From a virus (lineage: Duplodnaviria > Caudoviricetes), in the IMG/VR virus record IMGVR_UViG_3300020020_000035, positions 1-55,664 of that record: a DNA stretch of 55,664 bases. The stretch is one strand, 5' to 3'. The position numbers and the translations under genes are program-made. Position 1 is the stretch's first letter, and each line of letters starts with the position of its first letter. This document shows, piece by piece, positions 34,501-44,220 of this stretch. The notes beneath the pieces are model-generated. The model had not been told where the DNA came from. It did no database searches and worked only from the letters and a program-made list of their open reading frames with translations.

Positions 34501-35261
34501 AGCGATGGGCCATTCTTGGGATCCTGCTCGCCTCGGCGTGCGGCGGTGACGGCGGCGAGCCTGTCGAGGTAGTTGCGACCGGCGGGGCGCTGTCCACAGG
34601 CGGCGCCCCTGGGACGGGCGGGAGCGCGAGCACGGGCGGAGTTCAGGAGACCGGCGGCGAGCCCGGCACGGGCGGCCTGGCGTCGACTGGAGGCGTCCCC
34701 GTCGGCGGGAGCGCGGCTACCGGAGGCCTTGCCACGGGCGGCACGGAGGCCACGGGCGGGGCAGCGACGAGCGACGATGCTGGGCCCACGGAAACGGACG
34801 GCGGCGCGGGCGAGGACGATGGGGGAAGCGGGTCAGGTGGATCTCCCGGTACCGGCGGAGCTTCGAGCGGTGGCGCGGCCACCGGCGGGGCCGTTGCGAC
34901 GGGAGGCGCGGTTGCGACCGGAGGAGTCGCGGCCACCGGCGGCGCGCCCGCGTGCGAGTGTTCGAGCGGGCCGTGCTGCGACGGGTGTCACTTCCGAGAA
35001 GTGAGTCACCGTTGCCTCGTTGCCGAGTGGGCCGCGACGGAGTGCGAAGGAACCGTGCTCACCCAGCCGGGATGCGCCGGCATGACGAACCGCATCGGAG
35101 TGGACCGTCGGAACCGTTTCTGCTCCGGCGAGTCCGCCGCGTGCGACGGTCGCTACACGTACCTGTCCACGTCCTATTCCGAGGCGTGTCCGTCCGGCAC
35201 CGCGTGCACGACCGTCGGCACGGGGCCGACCGCCGCTCAGTGCGTCCCCTGCGGCAACTAG
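34497..35261 (+). CDS. Lipoprotein with TGG-repeat linker and Cys-rich domain (moron)
   Basis: MKRWAILGILLASA-C lipobox; many ATGG repeats; CECSSGPCCDGCHF...C. Confidence 0.8.
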   Translation: MKRWAILGILLASACGGDGGEPVEVVATGGALSTGGAPGTGGSASTGGVQETGGEPGTGGLASTGGVPVGGSAATGGLATGGTEATGGAATSDDAGPTETDGGAGEDDGGSGSGGSPGTGGASSGGAATGGAVATGGAVATGGVAATGGAPACECSSGPCCDGCHFREVSHRCLVAEWAATECEGTVLTQPGCAGMTNRIGVDRRNRFCSGESAACDGRYTYLSTSYSEACPSGTACTTVGTGPTAAQCVPCGN

Positions 35262-36154
35262 CCGAGCGTCACGGGACCCGGTAGCCAGCGGCTCACGAGT
35301 CCGTTTGAGTGAAACAGGAAATCCACGGACGCAGGTCTCCACGTGTTCGGCAGCGCCGAACCGTTGTCGGGCGGCATGATCAGAACCGGCGTGCCGCCGC
35401 TCTGAATCGTGTGCGTGTAGATCGACCAGTTGATGACGCGGAGTTCCGCGCCGCTCTCCGCGTCGCTCTCGGACAAGTTGTAGATGTGGCCGCCGCTGAC
35501 CGACGCCGGGATGATGATCCGGTCGCCGTTGCTCACTGAGAGTGTCGCGTCCGAGTTCGGAACCGTCTGCGGTTGCCGAATGAGCCGCCCGCCAGTCGCC
35601 AGCCGAAATGGCTCGCGCATCGCCACGGGCAGCTGGAGATCGATGTCCCCGAGCGTGCCGATCGACGTGCCGGCAGCTGTCGCGGTGATGCCGCGCTGAT
35701 TGACCAGCATTCCGAACGGTGACGGAATCTGAATGCCCTGCGCGGTGAGGGCAGCCAGGACATTTATAGGTGAACGAAACGTCGAAACTCCGGTGACATC
35801 CAAACCGGTCAGGAGCGTGACCAAAGAGTGGAACTTCGCGAAGTCGGTCGTTTCAAGACGCCCGTCTACCGTCAGGTTTCCGTCGATAAAAACGTTCTGA
35901 TTCGGATGCGATACGAAATACAGGATCGCGTCGAGGATCTGCGAACTCAGCGCCGTTTCCGCCGCACCGTTCGGCGTGATGCCGGCTGCGACGAGCAGTG
36001 CTTGGAACGCGCCAAAGACGTCGTTGAGCCACTTCTCCTCGAGCGGGGTGCCGGTCCCGTCGTTCAGGACGAGGACGTTGCGCGCCTTTCCGTGCGGGTA
36101 GCCTGGGTCACCGGAGATGACCTGCGCTGGATAGAGATCGATCGGGCGACGCAT
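35258..36154 (-). CDS. Tail fibre protein (Mu-like N-terminus)
   Basis: GTPLEEKWLND...AAGITPNG...SQILDAI; follows baseplate J. Confidence 0.75.
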   Translation of the reverse strand: MRRPIDLYPAQVISGDPGYPHGKARNVLVLNDGTGTPLEEKWLNDVFGAFQALLVAAGITPNGAAETALSSQILDAILYFVSHPNQNVFIDGNLTVDGRLETTDFAKFHSLVTLLTGLDVTGVSTFRSPINVLAALTAQGIQIPSPFGMLVNQRGITATAAGTSIGTLGDIDLQLPVAMREPFRLATGGRLIRQPQTVPNSDATLSVSNGDRIIIPASVSGGHIYNLSESDAESGAELRVINWSIYTHTIQSGGTPVLIMPPDNGSALPNTWRPASVDFLFHSNGLVSRWLPGPVTLG

Positions 36155-37347
36155 TATCCGAAGTCCTTCAGGCCGAGCTTTACCTTCTCGCCTTTGCCCA
36201 GCGTGTAGGCGGTTTGCGGGGCGCCCGAGATCTCGAGCTCCACCACGGTGACGGTCCCGCCGTATGCGGCGACGACGGTGCTCACCACTCCGCCGAGCTC
36301 GGCCACGGTCACGCGGTCCTCACGTGGTAGCGCGTCGAGTCCTTCGATGAAGGGGCGACGAGAGAGGAGGTGCTCCTCGATGGCGTCAGTCATGTCGTCC
36401 TCAGCCTGAGGACGAACCGAGACGTCCACGTTCAGGCCGCGAACGAAGACGTCGATGGGGGTGCGCGTGATCGGCTTCGTCTCAACCGCTGCGCCGATGG
36501 GGCGTCGACTCGCGGTGCCGTCCACGTTCAGCTGGATCACGTCATAAACGGCGGTGAGGTACCCAGGCGGCGCGATGCCATCGATCTCGATACTGGTTTC
36601 GACCTCGACGTACACGTCGACTACGCCAGGAGTGTCGGCGGCGTAGGGGAAGATCTCGACGACGCCTGAGACGTCCTTGCCCCAGATGCGATAGTCCGCG
36701 TAGGCGCCGCCCTGCGGCTTGGCCTGGGAGCGGCGGAAGATCTTCGAGCGGTAGGCGTCGATGGACTCGGCATCCGCGCCCTGGGCGACGGTGCTCGTGA
36801 CGGTCGTGACGCGCGAGACGTTCGGGAGCGGGTTCGTGAACTCGAGCTCCTCGCCCGGGTTCATGTTCCCGATGATGCCCGACCCGTCGCCGCCGTTCGG
36901 TGAGCCGCTGGCCCGTACCGTTGCGGCGACCTCCGCAGCGTTCAGCGGGACCGCGGAAACGACGGTGTAGAGGACCTGCGTATCGGGGTTCAGGAGCTGC
37001 GCGCCGCCCGCGAGCTCGCCGACCTGGTTCGTGACCAGGACGTTGATAAGCAGCTGCGCTTGGAGCGCCGGTGTCGGATCGCCGACGCCGATCAGGCGGC
37101 CCCACTCCGTGAGCGGGCGGACGACCTTGCCGTTAATGGTGGTCGGCTCGTTCGTCGCGTGAGCAACGAAGAGCTGGAGGAAGATGAACCCCGCGTACTT
37201 GTAGATGATGACGATCGCGCCCGCGAGCACGATGGACAGAACGGGGATGAAGGCTTTCGCGAACGCCGGGATCGTTTGCCCGAGGGCAGACCCGATCTGC
37301 GCCTCGATCGTCTCCGCCAGATTTTGCGTGGTGGGCGCTGTGATCAT
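36154..37347 (-). CDS. Baseplate J / Mu gp47-like protein
   Basis: GADAESIDAYR...PQGGAYADY..W. Confidence 0.9.
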   Translation of the reverse strand: MITAPTTQNLAETIEAQIGSALGQTIPAFAKAFIPVLSIVLAGAIVIIYKYAGFIFLQLFVAHATNEPTTINGKVVRPLTEWGRLIGVGDPTPALQAQLLINVLVTNQVGELAGGAQLLNPDTQVLYTVVSAVPLNAAEVAATVRASGSPNGGDGSGIIGNMNPGEELEFTNPLPNVSRVTTVTSTVAQGADAESIDAYRSKIFRRSQAKPQGGAYADYRIWGKDVSGVVEIFPYAADTPGVVDVYVEVETSIEIDGIAPPGYLTAVYDVIQLNVDGTASRRPIGAAVETKPITRTPIDVFVRGLNVDVSVRPQAEDDMTDAIEEHLLSRRPFIEGLDALPREDRVTVAELGGVVSTVVAAYGGTVTVVELEISGAPQTAYTLGKGEKVKLGLKDFG

Positions 37348-37354
37348 CGGGGCA

Positions 37355-37885
37355 TCAGTCGGTCATGGGCTCGCCGTCGTCCATCATCGGATCGCCGTCG
37401 TCGAGCATCTGCGAACCCACGGAACCGGGGCCCGCGCCACCGGTGGCAAGGAACAGCTGCGGCTGATCGCGCTTCTCGAACTTGAAGGTCAGGACGTTGC
37501 CGTCGACTTCGATGAAATACTCGAGCTTGACCCGGTTCAGTCCCGGCATCGTCGCGCGGACGCGGACGAAGGTCGCGATCTTCGACGTCAGGAGCCACGC
37601 GAGGTCGCGGACTCCGGCATCCTCGAGTCGCTTCAGGAGCGAAGGGACGAGCGGCTGCGAGTTGATGAGGAATTGCGTCTCGCTGCGCTGACGACGGGCG
37701 AGGTCGGCGAAAGCATGGTTGCCCCACCAGGACCGGGACAGCGTCGCGTCACTGCCGTCGTCGTCTTCGTTGCCCCCGAAGAGGGACAGCATCACGGCCG
37801 TGTCGAGCGCGTCGGTGAGCTCGATGACGCCGTTCTTGACCGAGAGCTCGGCACCGTCAGGCGTATTCAGAAGAACGACATCCAC
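37355..37885 (-). CDS. Baseplate protein, Mu gp46-like
   Basis: LDTAVMLSLFGG...WWGN...DLAWL. Confidence 0.8.
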   Translation of the reverse strand: MDVVLLNTPDGAELSVKNGVIELTDALDTAVMLSLFGGNEDDDGSDATLSRSWWGNHAFADLARRQRSETQFLINSQPLVPSLLKRLEDAGVRDLAWLLTSKIATFVRVRATMPGLNRVKLEYFIEVDGNVLTFKFEKRDQPQLFLATGGAGPGSVGSQMLDDGDPMMDDGEPMTD

Positions 37886-37891
37886 GGGCGG

Positions 37892-38332
37892 TCATGACCA
37901 GGGGATCGGGGTATTGGGCGGCGCGAGCATCGTGCTGATTCCGGTGCGGAGCCACGCATCGATGCGTGCGCCAATCTGCTGGGCCGCGTCCGCATGCGTT
38001 GCCGGCTTGGGGCCGGCGAACTGCGGGTCGAACCCAACGGGACCCGGCGGGGGAACGGGAACAAAACCCGCCATGCCGAGTCCGACCGCCGCGGCGAACT
38101 GAGCGAACGCGGACTCCATTGCGGGCGCTGCGTTCGGGGAATCGAATGCTGTCGTGAGCGCGGCGGCGAGCGCGTCTCCGGCGGTCGTCACGGTCGTGGA
38201 CGGGGGAACGATCCCGATCGCGTGCGCCGTGCATGCGTCCGCCCACGCGCGTGCGCACGCGAGGCGCGTTGCCGGCGGGGAGGCGAAGAGGCTCTGCAGC
38301 TGAGACGTGAGCGCGGGGAGAGCAAGCGGCAT
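37892..38332 (-). CDS. Hypothetical baseplate-region protein
   Basis: 146-aa ORF between spike and gp46-like genes. Confidence 0.65.
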   Translation of the reverse strand: MPLALPALTSQLQSLFASPPATRLACARAWADACTAHAIGIVPPSTTVTTAGDALAAALTTAFDSPNAAPAMESAFAQFAAAVGLGMAGFVPVPPPGPVGFDPQFAGPKPATHADAAQQIGARIDAWLRTGISTMLAPPNTPIPWS

Positions 38333-38333
38333 C

Positions 38334-38816
38334 TCACGTGCCCGGAGTTGGAGCCCCGGAGGGGCCGGTGGATGTCGGGTGCAAATGCGAACTGAGTTTG
38401 ACCGGAGCCGTGGCCGACTTTGCCGTCACCTCGCCGCTCACCGTGAGGTCCCCGGTGATCGTGACATCCGCGACGATCTTGACGTCGTTCGCCTCGATCT
38501 CGATCTCGCCGTTCGCTCTCACGAAGATCGAACAGGAGACCTCGCCAGGCCCTGCGCGAGAGACGATTCGGATCTCGCCCTTCTGCGCCTTGCGCTCGAG
38601 CTTCGGGTCGAAGTACCCGACGACGACCTTCGAGCCGCTACCGTCGCTGATGTAGACAGCGAAGTCACCGTCGAGCGGGATGGCTTCGATGCCTGCTTCC
38701 CCGGTGTGCTGCGCCGTCTCGGTGGCGCTGCCTCCTGGGTCGACCTTGACGTCGACGATCTTCGCCCCCTGAGACTCGACGCTATCGGAGTCGAGGACGA
38801 CTCCTACTCGTCCCAC
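38334..38816 (-). CDS. Baseplate spike, Mu gp45/gpV-like
   Basis: Beta repeats VTITGDLTVSGEV and C-terminal HxH (SHLHP). Confidence 0.85.
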   Translation of the reverse strand: MGRVGVVLDSDSVESQGAKIVDVKVDPGGSATETAQHTGEAGIEAIPLDGDFAVYISDGSGSKVVVGYFDPKLERKAQKGEIRIVSRAGPGEVSCSIFVRANGEIEIEANDVKIVADVTITGDLTVSGEVTAKSATAPVKLSSHLHPTSTGPSGAPTPGT

Positions 38817-39910
38817 GGGAGCCTCTTCGGCACCTCGCCGGAAAACGCGCCCGGGAGCACCAGTTCGAGCGCGGCCTTCTCGACCTCGCCGTCCTGGAAA
38901 AAGTTTGCCGCTCGGATCATGAGCTCGGTCTTCTCGTAGATCATGACGCTCGGCGCGAGCACGGTCACCGTCGTGTTCGGCGCCCAGAGCTTTCCCTTCG
39001 GGTCACGCCACGACGGGATGTCCGAGATCGTGTAGCTCGCCATGTTGGCGAACATGCGACCCAGTGCAGCGCGTGCCGCCTCCGGTCCCTCCGACTTCTC
39101 GGCCTGGTCCACCTTGAAGTTCAGCGGGCGCAGCGCCGTCTGGAGCCAGGGGTTCGGCTCCGTGAACTTCGACCCCTTGCGCCCGCGACGCGCGCCCGTG
39201 AATGCGGTGATCTCGGAGTGGTAGTCCTGAGGCGAGAACATCGCCTCGATCTTCGAGAGCGGCTGCTGCCCCTCGACGAAGTCGAAGACCGGGCTACCCG
39301 TCGGGGCCGCGCGCCAGACCTTGATGGCCCCGCGTGGCGTGTTCGTGATGACGCGGTTTCGGAGCTGCGCGAAGTGCGCAATGAAGTGCTGGAGCTTCTC
39401 GCCCTCGTCGAGCTTCACGCGCTCGAAGGGACCGCCGTCGTCGCCCTGGAAGTCGACGTCGAGCCGGAACATCTTCCCGACCCGCTCGATAATGGCCTTC
39501 AGCGGAAGCTTGTTGAACTCGAACGGAAGTTCCGAAGGTGGAGCGCAGCAGTCCTCGAGGACGCCGGGCAGTGAGTACGCCGAGACGTGGACGATCTTCG
39601 ACTCCGGACCGACCTCCGGCGAGACGCCAACGATCGTGCCGGTGAATAGGTCGTCTCCGCCGAGCGTGACCTTCAGCGGGTAGAACGAGAACGGGCGAAA
39701 GGTGTCGCGGAACTCTTTGCGGTCCTTCTCGAATGGGGCCTTGAGCTCCACCGTCGAGTAGGCATCCATCGCGAGACGGATGTTGATCTCCGACCAGAAC
39801 CGGAACTCCGGACCGCCGAACCGGATGATGTCGACGAAGCCGGCGAGCAAAGCGGCCGGGTCGGCGAGGCCCTTCGTCCGGCGCTCGATGACGACGCCGA
39901 CTTGTTCCAT
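38804..39910 (-). CDS. Baseplate hub, Mu gp44-like
   Basis: Position; W..I.I, LFTG, LWAPNTTV motifs. Confidence 0.8.
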   Translation of the reverse strand: MEQVGVVIERRTKGLADPAALLAGFVDIIRFGGPEFRFWSEINIRLAMDAYSTVELKAPFEKDRKEFRDTFRPFSFYPLKVTLGGDDLFTGTIVGVSPEVGPESKIVHVSAYSLPGVLEDCCAPPSELPFEFNKLPLKAIIERVGKMFRLDVDFQGDDGGPFERVKLDEGEKLQHFIAHFAQLRNRVITNTPRGAIKVWRAAPTGSPVFDFVEGQQPLSKIEAMFSPQDYHSEITAFTGARRGRKGSKFTEPNPWLQTALRPLNFKVDQAEKSEGPEAARAALGRMFANMASYTISDIPSWRDPKGKLWAPNTTVTVLAPSVMIYEKTELMIRAANFFQDGEVEKAALELVLPGAFSGEVPKRLPWDE

Positions 39911-39913
39911 GGG

Positions 39914-41278
39914 TTACGCAGCTTCCCGATAGAAGCGCAATCTCGTGCCGCGCTTCAGCTCCAGGATCTGCGACCCGGAAAGGTTGTTCGACTCGATCAA
40001 GAGGTCGAGCCGCGAGTCCACGGCGCCGTAGAGTTCGGACGCGATATCGAGCAGCGACCGATCCCGGTCGAGCGTGTAGATGCGTTCAGGCGCGAGCGAG
40101 AACGACGTCTCGAGGAGGAACCGGACCGCCTGAGCGACCGCGTTCCGAAGCGCCTGATGGGTAGCGCCAGGGTCGACCTGGTACGCGCCCACCGTGGGGA
40201 CCGCGCCAAGGCTCGTGAAGCCACCGTCACGCCACTCGACGACCGCTTCGTGGATCGCCGCGAGCGCGACCGCCGTGGCTGCCGCTTCCGGCCTGGTGCT
40301 GAACGTGGCGTTCTGCGCGGCGACAACTCCGCCCGTTACGGCGCTCGTTGCGACCATATCCGAGGTGTGGAAGTCGTTGGAAATCTTCGTCCGCCTGAGC
40401 GGGAGCGAAGAGCCGCCGACGCCGAGCGCGTTTCCCGGTTGCGCCTGGGGCGACAGGAAGATCGCTTGCGCGAGGCGTCCGTACGATTCGATCTGCGCCG
40501 CGATACCGGCAATCGCTCGGCCGGGCGCCTGAATCAGATTCATCATCTGCTGGGCGAGCAGCAGCGGGCGCCCGACGAATGTGTCGAGGCTCTCCTGAAT
40601 GAGCGCCTGCCCGTCCGCGAACTCGCGCCGCACGTCGGCCGTCGTGTTCGATACGGCCTGAAGCTCGGCGTTGATGGTGCGCAGGAACTTCCGGATCGTG
40701 GCCTTGATGTTCGCCTTTGCGATCGTGCTCCGGAAGTCGGTCGCCGCATTGAACTGCTGCGCCATCTGGACACTGAAGCCAGAGAGCGCCGTCGTCAGCT
40801 CGTTCTGCCCGTTCGTCGCCGCGTTCGGGTAGACGGCGGCCGTCGTCGTCGAGAAGACCGTGGACACGACCGAGACCCCGCGGCCTCCGACCATGTCGTT
40901 CGTGCGGTCGATGGCCGTGATCGGAACGACGTTGATCGTCCCGTACATCGGGTGCTCGAGCTTCCCGATCCCAGGCTCGCAGAGCGCCGCCTCGTACGCG
41001 GTCGCGACGAGGTCGTGGTCCTTCTCGGGGAATATGGCGCGGATCGGATACTGCCGCGCGCCGAAGCCGCCCTGCTGGACGTAAGCGTCGTTGACCCCTG
41101 GGAACTGGAAGATCGTTCCCCGGAGCGGGATGGTACGCGCGAGATCCTCGTACAGGAACTTGATGCGCGTGCCCTTCGGCGAGGTAAACGCCGCCTCTCG
41201 GAGCCGACTCTCCCAGGACGAGCCGGGAGCGTTCAGGCCAAGGAGACCGGCGACGCCGGGCGGAACGAAGTTAGCCAT
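39914..41278 (-). CDS. Mu N-like DNA circularisation / tail protein
   Basis: SWESRLREAAF, GKLEHPMYG, C-terminal ASELYG...N. Confidence 0.85.
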   Translation of the reverse strand: MANFVPPGVAGLLGLNAPGSSWESRLREAAFTSPKGTRIKFLYEDLARTIPLRGTIFQFPGVNDAYVQQGGFGARQYPIRAIFPEKDHDLVATAYEAALCEPGIGKLEHPMYGTINVVPITAIDRTNDMVGGRGVSVVSTVFSTTTAAVYPNAATNGQNELTTALSGFSVQMAQQFNAATDFRSTIAKANIKATIRKFLRTINAELQAVSNTTADVRREFADGQALIQESLDTFVGRPLLLAQQMMNLIQAPGRAIAGIAAQIESYGRLAQAIFLSPQAQPGNALGVGGSSLPLRRTKISNDFHTSDMVATSAVTGGVVAAQNATFSTRPEAAATAVALAAIHEAVVEWRDGGFTSLGAVPTVGAYQVDPGATHQALRNAVAQAVRFLLETSFSLAPERIYTLDRDRSLLDIASELYGAVDSRLDLLIESNNLSGSQILELKRGTRLRFYREAA

Positions 41279-43517
41279 GTGCTGGGATCGGCGCGACGCC
41301 TGCGCCGCTGTTCGAGACCTTCACGGAAACGTTCTTGCCGCCTCCGCCCTTGGCCTCGGCGCTGACCCCTTGCGGGACCTTCACCTCGAGTTCGACCTTG
41401 TTGGTCGTGGTCGATTCCTGGATGGCGTGCGAGACGCCGGCCATCGGTGACGTCGTGTTCGGCTGCATGGCCGCGCTGTCGAGGTCCATGCGGAACGGCT
41501 GGGCACTACCGGGAAGCGGCTCCTCGCCCGGGATCGGGATCCCGAGGTTGTCACCCGTGAGCGATCCGAGCGCCTCCGCGGTTTTAGAGACGAACCCGAA
41601 GAGCGCTTTCACCTTCGACACGACGGGGTCGATGTAGCTCATCGCCCACGTGCCGAATTTCTTCACGGCTTCCGAGACGAGGTCCCATCCGCCGAGGAGC
41701 TTGAAGAGGTAGCCGATCAGGGCAACGACAGCGATGCCGATCAGGACGTACGGGTTCGCCAGGAGCACGATGTTCAGGGCCGCGCTGGCGGCGTTGACGA
41801 GCCAAGTGACGGCGGCGAGCGCGCCCATGCGAATCGTCGAAAGCAGCGTGCCGGCGTTGTACGCGGCCAGCGCCGCAGTGCCCAAACCGGTGATCGCGGT
41901 CCACGCCGTGCGCGCCGCGCTTGCGAGCCACGTGACTGCGGTGTTCGCAGCGGTGCTGATGGTACCCGCGTTCGTGGCCGCACCGAGTGCGGCGACAGCC
42001 GCCAGACCGATCCACTGGAGCCCGTTCCAGATCCCCTTGGCTGCAGCGCTTGCGTAGGTCGCCGCCGTGTCCAGCCAGAGCGCGGCCGTCATCAGGCCGT
42101 ACATGATCCACGAGCGAGAGGTCGCGATGGACAGGACGGTCGTGATCGCGGCGGCGATCCTGCTCGCGACCTGAAAGGCCGTGAGCGCAATCGTCGCTGC
42201 CCGGATGGCAAGAGACATCGCGTAGAAAACGACGATCCCTTTTCCGATCGTCTTCAGCCACACGACGATGAGCGGCAGGTTCTTGATCGTCCAGGCGATG
42301 TATTCCTTCGCCTTCGATCCGACGAGCTTCGTGTTCGCCGTGACCCACGCCGTGGTGCCCTGGACGATGTTGCGGATGGGCGCACGCGCGACCTTGAAGA
42401 TCTCGATGCTCACACCCTCGAGCGACGACGTGAATCCGTCGATGTCGCCCTTCGTGGCGTCGCGCATGATCGCGGCCATCTTGGCCGTCGCGCCGCCGGC
42501 CTGCTGGAGCTTCCCCTGCAGATCGCCGACCTTGTCGATCCCGTTGTCGAGGAGCGCCGAGATGCCCGCGATCGGGATCTTCCCGAAGATGCCCTCGAGC
42601 GCGCCTGCCCGGTCGGCGCCGCCCATTCCGGCGGTGGCCGCCTGGAGCTGCTGGAGGATCGTGACGGTGTCGAGGAGGTTCCCCTTCGCGTCCTTCGTCT
42701 TCACTCCGAGCTTGGCCAGACCTGCCGCAGCCTCCTTCGTGGGAGCGGACAGCGTCAGGAACATGTTCTTGAGTGTGGTGCCGGCGACGGAGCCCTCGAT
42801 GCCGGCGTTCGCCAGCTGGCCCGCGAGGGCCATGAAGGTATCCATGCTGGCGCCGGCCGTCGTCGCGACGGGGCCACCTTCCTTGATGCTCTCGAACAGG
42901 CCTTCCATCGACGCGCTTGTGGCGTCGGCGGTGCGGGCCATGACGTCGGTCACTCGCTCAAGATTCTTCGAGAGCTGGATCGCGTCCTCGGTCTTCAGGT
43001 TGAATGCGCCGAGAGACTTTCCGGCGATGTCCGCCGCGGTGCCGAGGTCGATCTCCGCCGCTGTCGCCAGGTCGACCACGCGCGGGAGCGCGGAGATCGC
43101 TTGCGTGGCGCCGAAGCCAGCGGAGGCCAGAGACTTCAGCGCCTCGGCGCTCTGCTGCGCATTGAATTCGGTGGTCGCGCCCACGCGCGCCGCGGTCTCC
43201 TCGAGCTCAGCGAACGCCTTCGTTCCCTGTCGTATGCTCGGGTCGAACTTCGCCGCCGCCCCGATCATCGTCTTCTCGAACTCGGCACCGACGGAGACCA
43301 TCTTCGCCATGCCGGCGGCACCGATGACTCCAGCCGTTGCCGTGACCGCCGCAGCTTTTTTTATGCCGTTGTGGACGCCTCCCAACGTGGAATTCACGGC
43401 GCCGAACTGGCTCTTCAGCGACCGCGCCAGGCGCGCCCCACCAGTTTCCATCTTGCGCATCGAAGCCGTGAAGCCGTCGATCGCGCGGAAGGATGTGTCG
43501 ACTGAGAAGCGGGACAT
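41271..43517 (-). CDS. Tape measure protein
   Basis: TTEFNAQQSAEALKSLASAG, GIEGSVAGTTLKN, LAKLGVKTKDAKGN; long Ala/Trp-rich helical region. Confidence 0.92.
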   Translation of the reverse strand: MSRFSVDTSFRAIDGFTASMRKMETGGARLARSLKSQFGAVNSTLGGVHNGIKKAAAVTATAGVIGAAGMAKMVSVGAEFEKTMIGAAAKFDPSIRQGTKAFAELEETAARVGATTEFNAQQSAEALKSLASAGFGATQAISALPRVVDLATAAEIDLGTAADIAGKSLGAFNLKTEDAIQLSKNLERVTDVMARTADATSASMEGLFESIKEGGPVATTAGASMDTFMALAGQLANAGIEGSVAGTTLKNMFLTLSAPTKEAAAGLAKLGVKTKDAKGNLLDTVTILQQLQAATAGMGGADRAGALEGIFGKIPIAGISALLDNGIDKVGDLQGKLQQAGGATAKMAAIMRDATKGDIDGFTSSLEGVSIEIFKVARAPIRNIVQGTTAWVTANTKLVGSKAKEYIAWTIKNLPLIVVWLKTIGKGIVVFYAMSLAIRAATIALTAFQVASRIAAAITTVLSIATSRSWIMYGLMTAALWLDTAATYASAAAKGIWNGLQWIGLAAVAALGAATNAGTISTAANTAVTWLASAARTAWTAITGLGTAALAAYNAGTLLSTIRMGALAAVTWLVNAASAALNIVLLANPYVLIGIAVVALIGYLFKLLGGWDLVSEAVKKFGTWAMSYIDPVVSKVKALFGFVSKTAEALGSLTGDNLGIPIPGEEPLPGSAQPFRMDLDSAAMQPNTTSPMAGVSHAIQESTTTNKVELEVKVPQGVSAEAKGGGGKNVSVKVSNSGAGVAPIPAHG

Positions 43518-43796
43518 CAGGGCGACTTCGGCTTCGTTCTGTCTCTGAGGATCTGGCGCAGGCCGTCGTAGAAGTAGACGACCTGTTTGAAGGTCAGCGT
43601 CCTCGGGTCCGGAAGCGTCCGGTAGTCGAGAAGGATCTGCGTGAGCATCGTTCGCGCCACGGGCAGGAACGTGTGGGGCGAGTCCTCACGCAGGACCGGA
43701 GGAGCGCCGCGCTCTGCAGCGTCTACGTTCTTCGGCAGCAGCCACCCGTCGCGCCCGTCGATTACGAGCGGAGTGGTGACTACGAGGCCAAAAAAA
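43517..43796 (-). CDS. -1 frameshift extension of the tail assembly chaperone
   Basis: T TTT TTG at 43795-43789 leads into FGLVVTTPL...; stop overlaps the tape measure ATG. Confidence 0.75.
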
Positions 43797-44220
43797 GATT
43801 CGCGACCGCCTGACAGACCTGGCCGTGCCGGAGCTTCAGAGCTCTGAAGAACGTGACCGGTTTGCCTGTCATCTTGGCCATGATGAAGAACATTCGCTTC
43901 GCGTTGTCGGTCTCGCGGTGTCCGTCGATGGCCATCATGACTTCCATCGTCGGCTCGGGCCACGCGATCGTCTGGCCGCCGGTCGGCGTGAACTCGAAGC
44001 ATCCTTCGTCGTTCACCACTAGTTCGCCGCGTTCGATCGCATCCGTGATGACTCGCTTCTGGTCTAGCAGCGACTTCCGATCCTCGCCGTCGAGGCGCGA
44101 CGGGTCGAGCTTCTGGGACATGCCCATCGCTCGCACCCACTTCTGAAACTCCGCCTCGGCCACATCGGCCGCGACAGGTAGATCGCTTCCGTGTAGAGGC
44201 ACCACGTTCGACACGCTCAC
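43780..44220 (-). CDS. Tail assembly chaperone
   Basis: Between tube and tape measure; slippery site near its end. Confidence 0.8.
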   Translation of the reverse strand: MSVSNVVPLHGSDLPVAADVAEAEFQKWVRAMGMSQKLDPSRLDGEDRKSLLDQKRVITDAIERGELVVNDEGCFEFTPTGGQTIAWPEPTMEVMMAIDGHRETDNAKRMFFIMAKMTGKPVTFFRALKLRHGQVCQAVANLFLAS

